Shown here piece by piece: positions 62,746-64,000 of a stretch of DNA of 64,000 nucleotides (the stretch's first letter is position 1; each line of letters opens with the position of its first letter). This DNA comes from Octopus sinensis. Its lineage: Eukaryota. The translations under genes were made by a program, and so were the position numbers. The stretch covers positions 95,294,001 to 95,358,000 of the forward strand of contig NC_043001.1 in assembly GCF_006345805.1 (NCBI RefSeq). Direction: 5' to 3'. The notes under the pieces were generated by a model that was not told the origin of the DNA, ran no database searches, and saw only the letters and a program-made list of their open reading frames with translations.

Positions 62746-63506
62746 CATACTAAAGAGTAAGGAGTAACTAAATATATATATATATATATGTGTGTGTGTG
62801 TTTGTGTGTGCCCCTGTGTGTGTATGCGTACATGTGTCTATGTATATACATCGGCCATAACACATTATTTCGTATATGTCTCAACCATATTCAAACCGAG
62901 TTTAACATGCCGCATCAACACCTATACGTTACAATCCATACTGTTCATGTGATAAAACATGCAACCATCTGTATATGAGAATTTTACATAATCATTTATG
63001 GCCGTATAACCCATAATCAACTTCACCATTTTATGACACATTAGAATGCAATGTGTTTCAATTTCACAGATGCATGTACAGTTTATATTATTAGGCCCAC
63101 AACTTATTCAAATGCACCACTTCAGCATACTTGTCCTAAAGCAAGAATTCATTAATTACTATGTTTCTTTATCGTGTTCTTACTAAACTCAAGAGTTGTC
63201 TGTATAATGAATGCTTCGGGCTCGTCACAAATATTCTTAGAAAAATATAACATGATATTTGGTATGATAATTGTAATTTACGGCAACTGAATTGTCAATG
63301 GTTTTCAGGAAGCAGATATATAATATAAAGGTCTCCGGAAGCCACGTTAAATTATTGTCATTAAATATATATCCTACGTTTTTGTTCTTTATTTTTTAGT
63401 TGTTAATCATCAGTTTACTGTCTGAGAGGCGTGATTTGAATTGAACACAGAAGTAGTAGTTCTAGAAGAGTTCAGAAATATTAACAATATTAGATTTTGG
63501 CCAATG

Positions 63507-63650
63507 TACGAGGGGAGATAAAAAAGTGTATGCACTAACTCCAAAACTTTATTTATGTTGGTCGTACTGTCTTCAGCGCTTGTGCGCTCGAAGGACGAAT
63601 ACCTGTTTAGCAAAAACCGTAGTTTGAACTTGATCGCTCCGTGATCTTTC
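63507..63650 (+). mobile_element. Possible mariner-type terminal fragment
   Basis: Begins TACGAGGGGAGATAAAAAAGT, a mariner TIR-like start. No partner TIR or coding sequence was found. Confidence 0.3.
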
Positions 63651-63813
63651 TATGTTATAGAGTAAAGTAACATATAACGATTTATGTTGCCTTCCTCGAT
63701 TTCAGCACGACGTGTATTTATAGTGAATGTATATTGTAATATGGTGTTTGACGATTTAAAGTCTATTCACAGCATATGGCATAGAAAATTCTTTTTCTTT
63801 TGCCCTTGTTTAA

Positions 63814-63887
<74 letters not shown>

Positions 63888-63895
63888 ATATATAT

Positions 63896-63942
<47 letters not shown>

Positions 63943-64000
63943 CAGACACTTATCTTGACTGGCGAAGGAAAAACTACTGTTTACATCTAGAATTGTACAA

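Overview
This is AT-rich, gene-poor eukaryotic non-coding DNA (intergenic or a very large intron), crowded with microsatellites ((TA)n, (CA)n, (GATA)n, (AAT)n, (AAG)n) and transposon remnants. The SINE families look like those I recall from Octopus/coleoid cephalopod genomes; this is an inference, not a search result. No host protein-coding gene can be supported: almost all listed ORFs are microsatellite read-through, and there is one orphan exon candidate (36641-36745, minus). Recognisable elements are: a young 5'-truncated CR1-clade LINE with an open 555-aa RT frame (25.5-27.4 kb); an older CR1/L2-group fragment; four R4/Dong-type RLE retrotransposon pieces, all next to (AAT)n arrays, one nearly intact and sitting in a nest of AAT-flanked insertions (37.8-41.7 kb); four Tc1/mariner remnants plus MITEs; a non-autonomous Helitron; at least four tRNA-derived or related SINE families (labelled A-D here, my labels); and several Penelope-like element (PLE) fragments. 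The least routine signals are hand-folded hammerhead-ribozyme-like motifs (an intact-core minimal type I at 54980-55022 minus, a type III-like fold at 33264-33326, and degenerate ones in a retrozyme-like ~360-bp tandem repeat at 15.4-16.1 kb) and a 212-bp near-perfect palindrome with a 1-nt centre (42934-43145). All alignments, folds and identities were judged by eye, and the element boundaries are approximate. No CRISPR array, rRNA or genuine tRNA gene was found.
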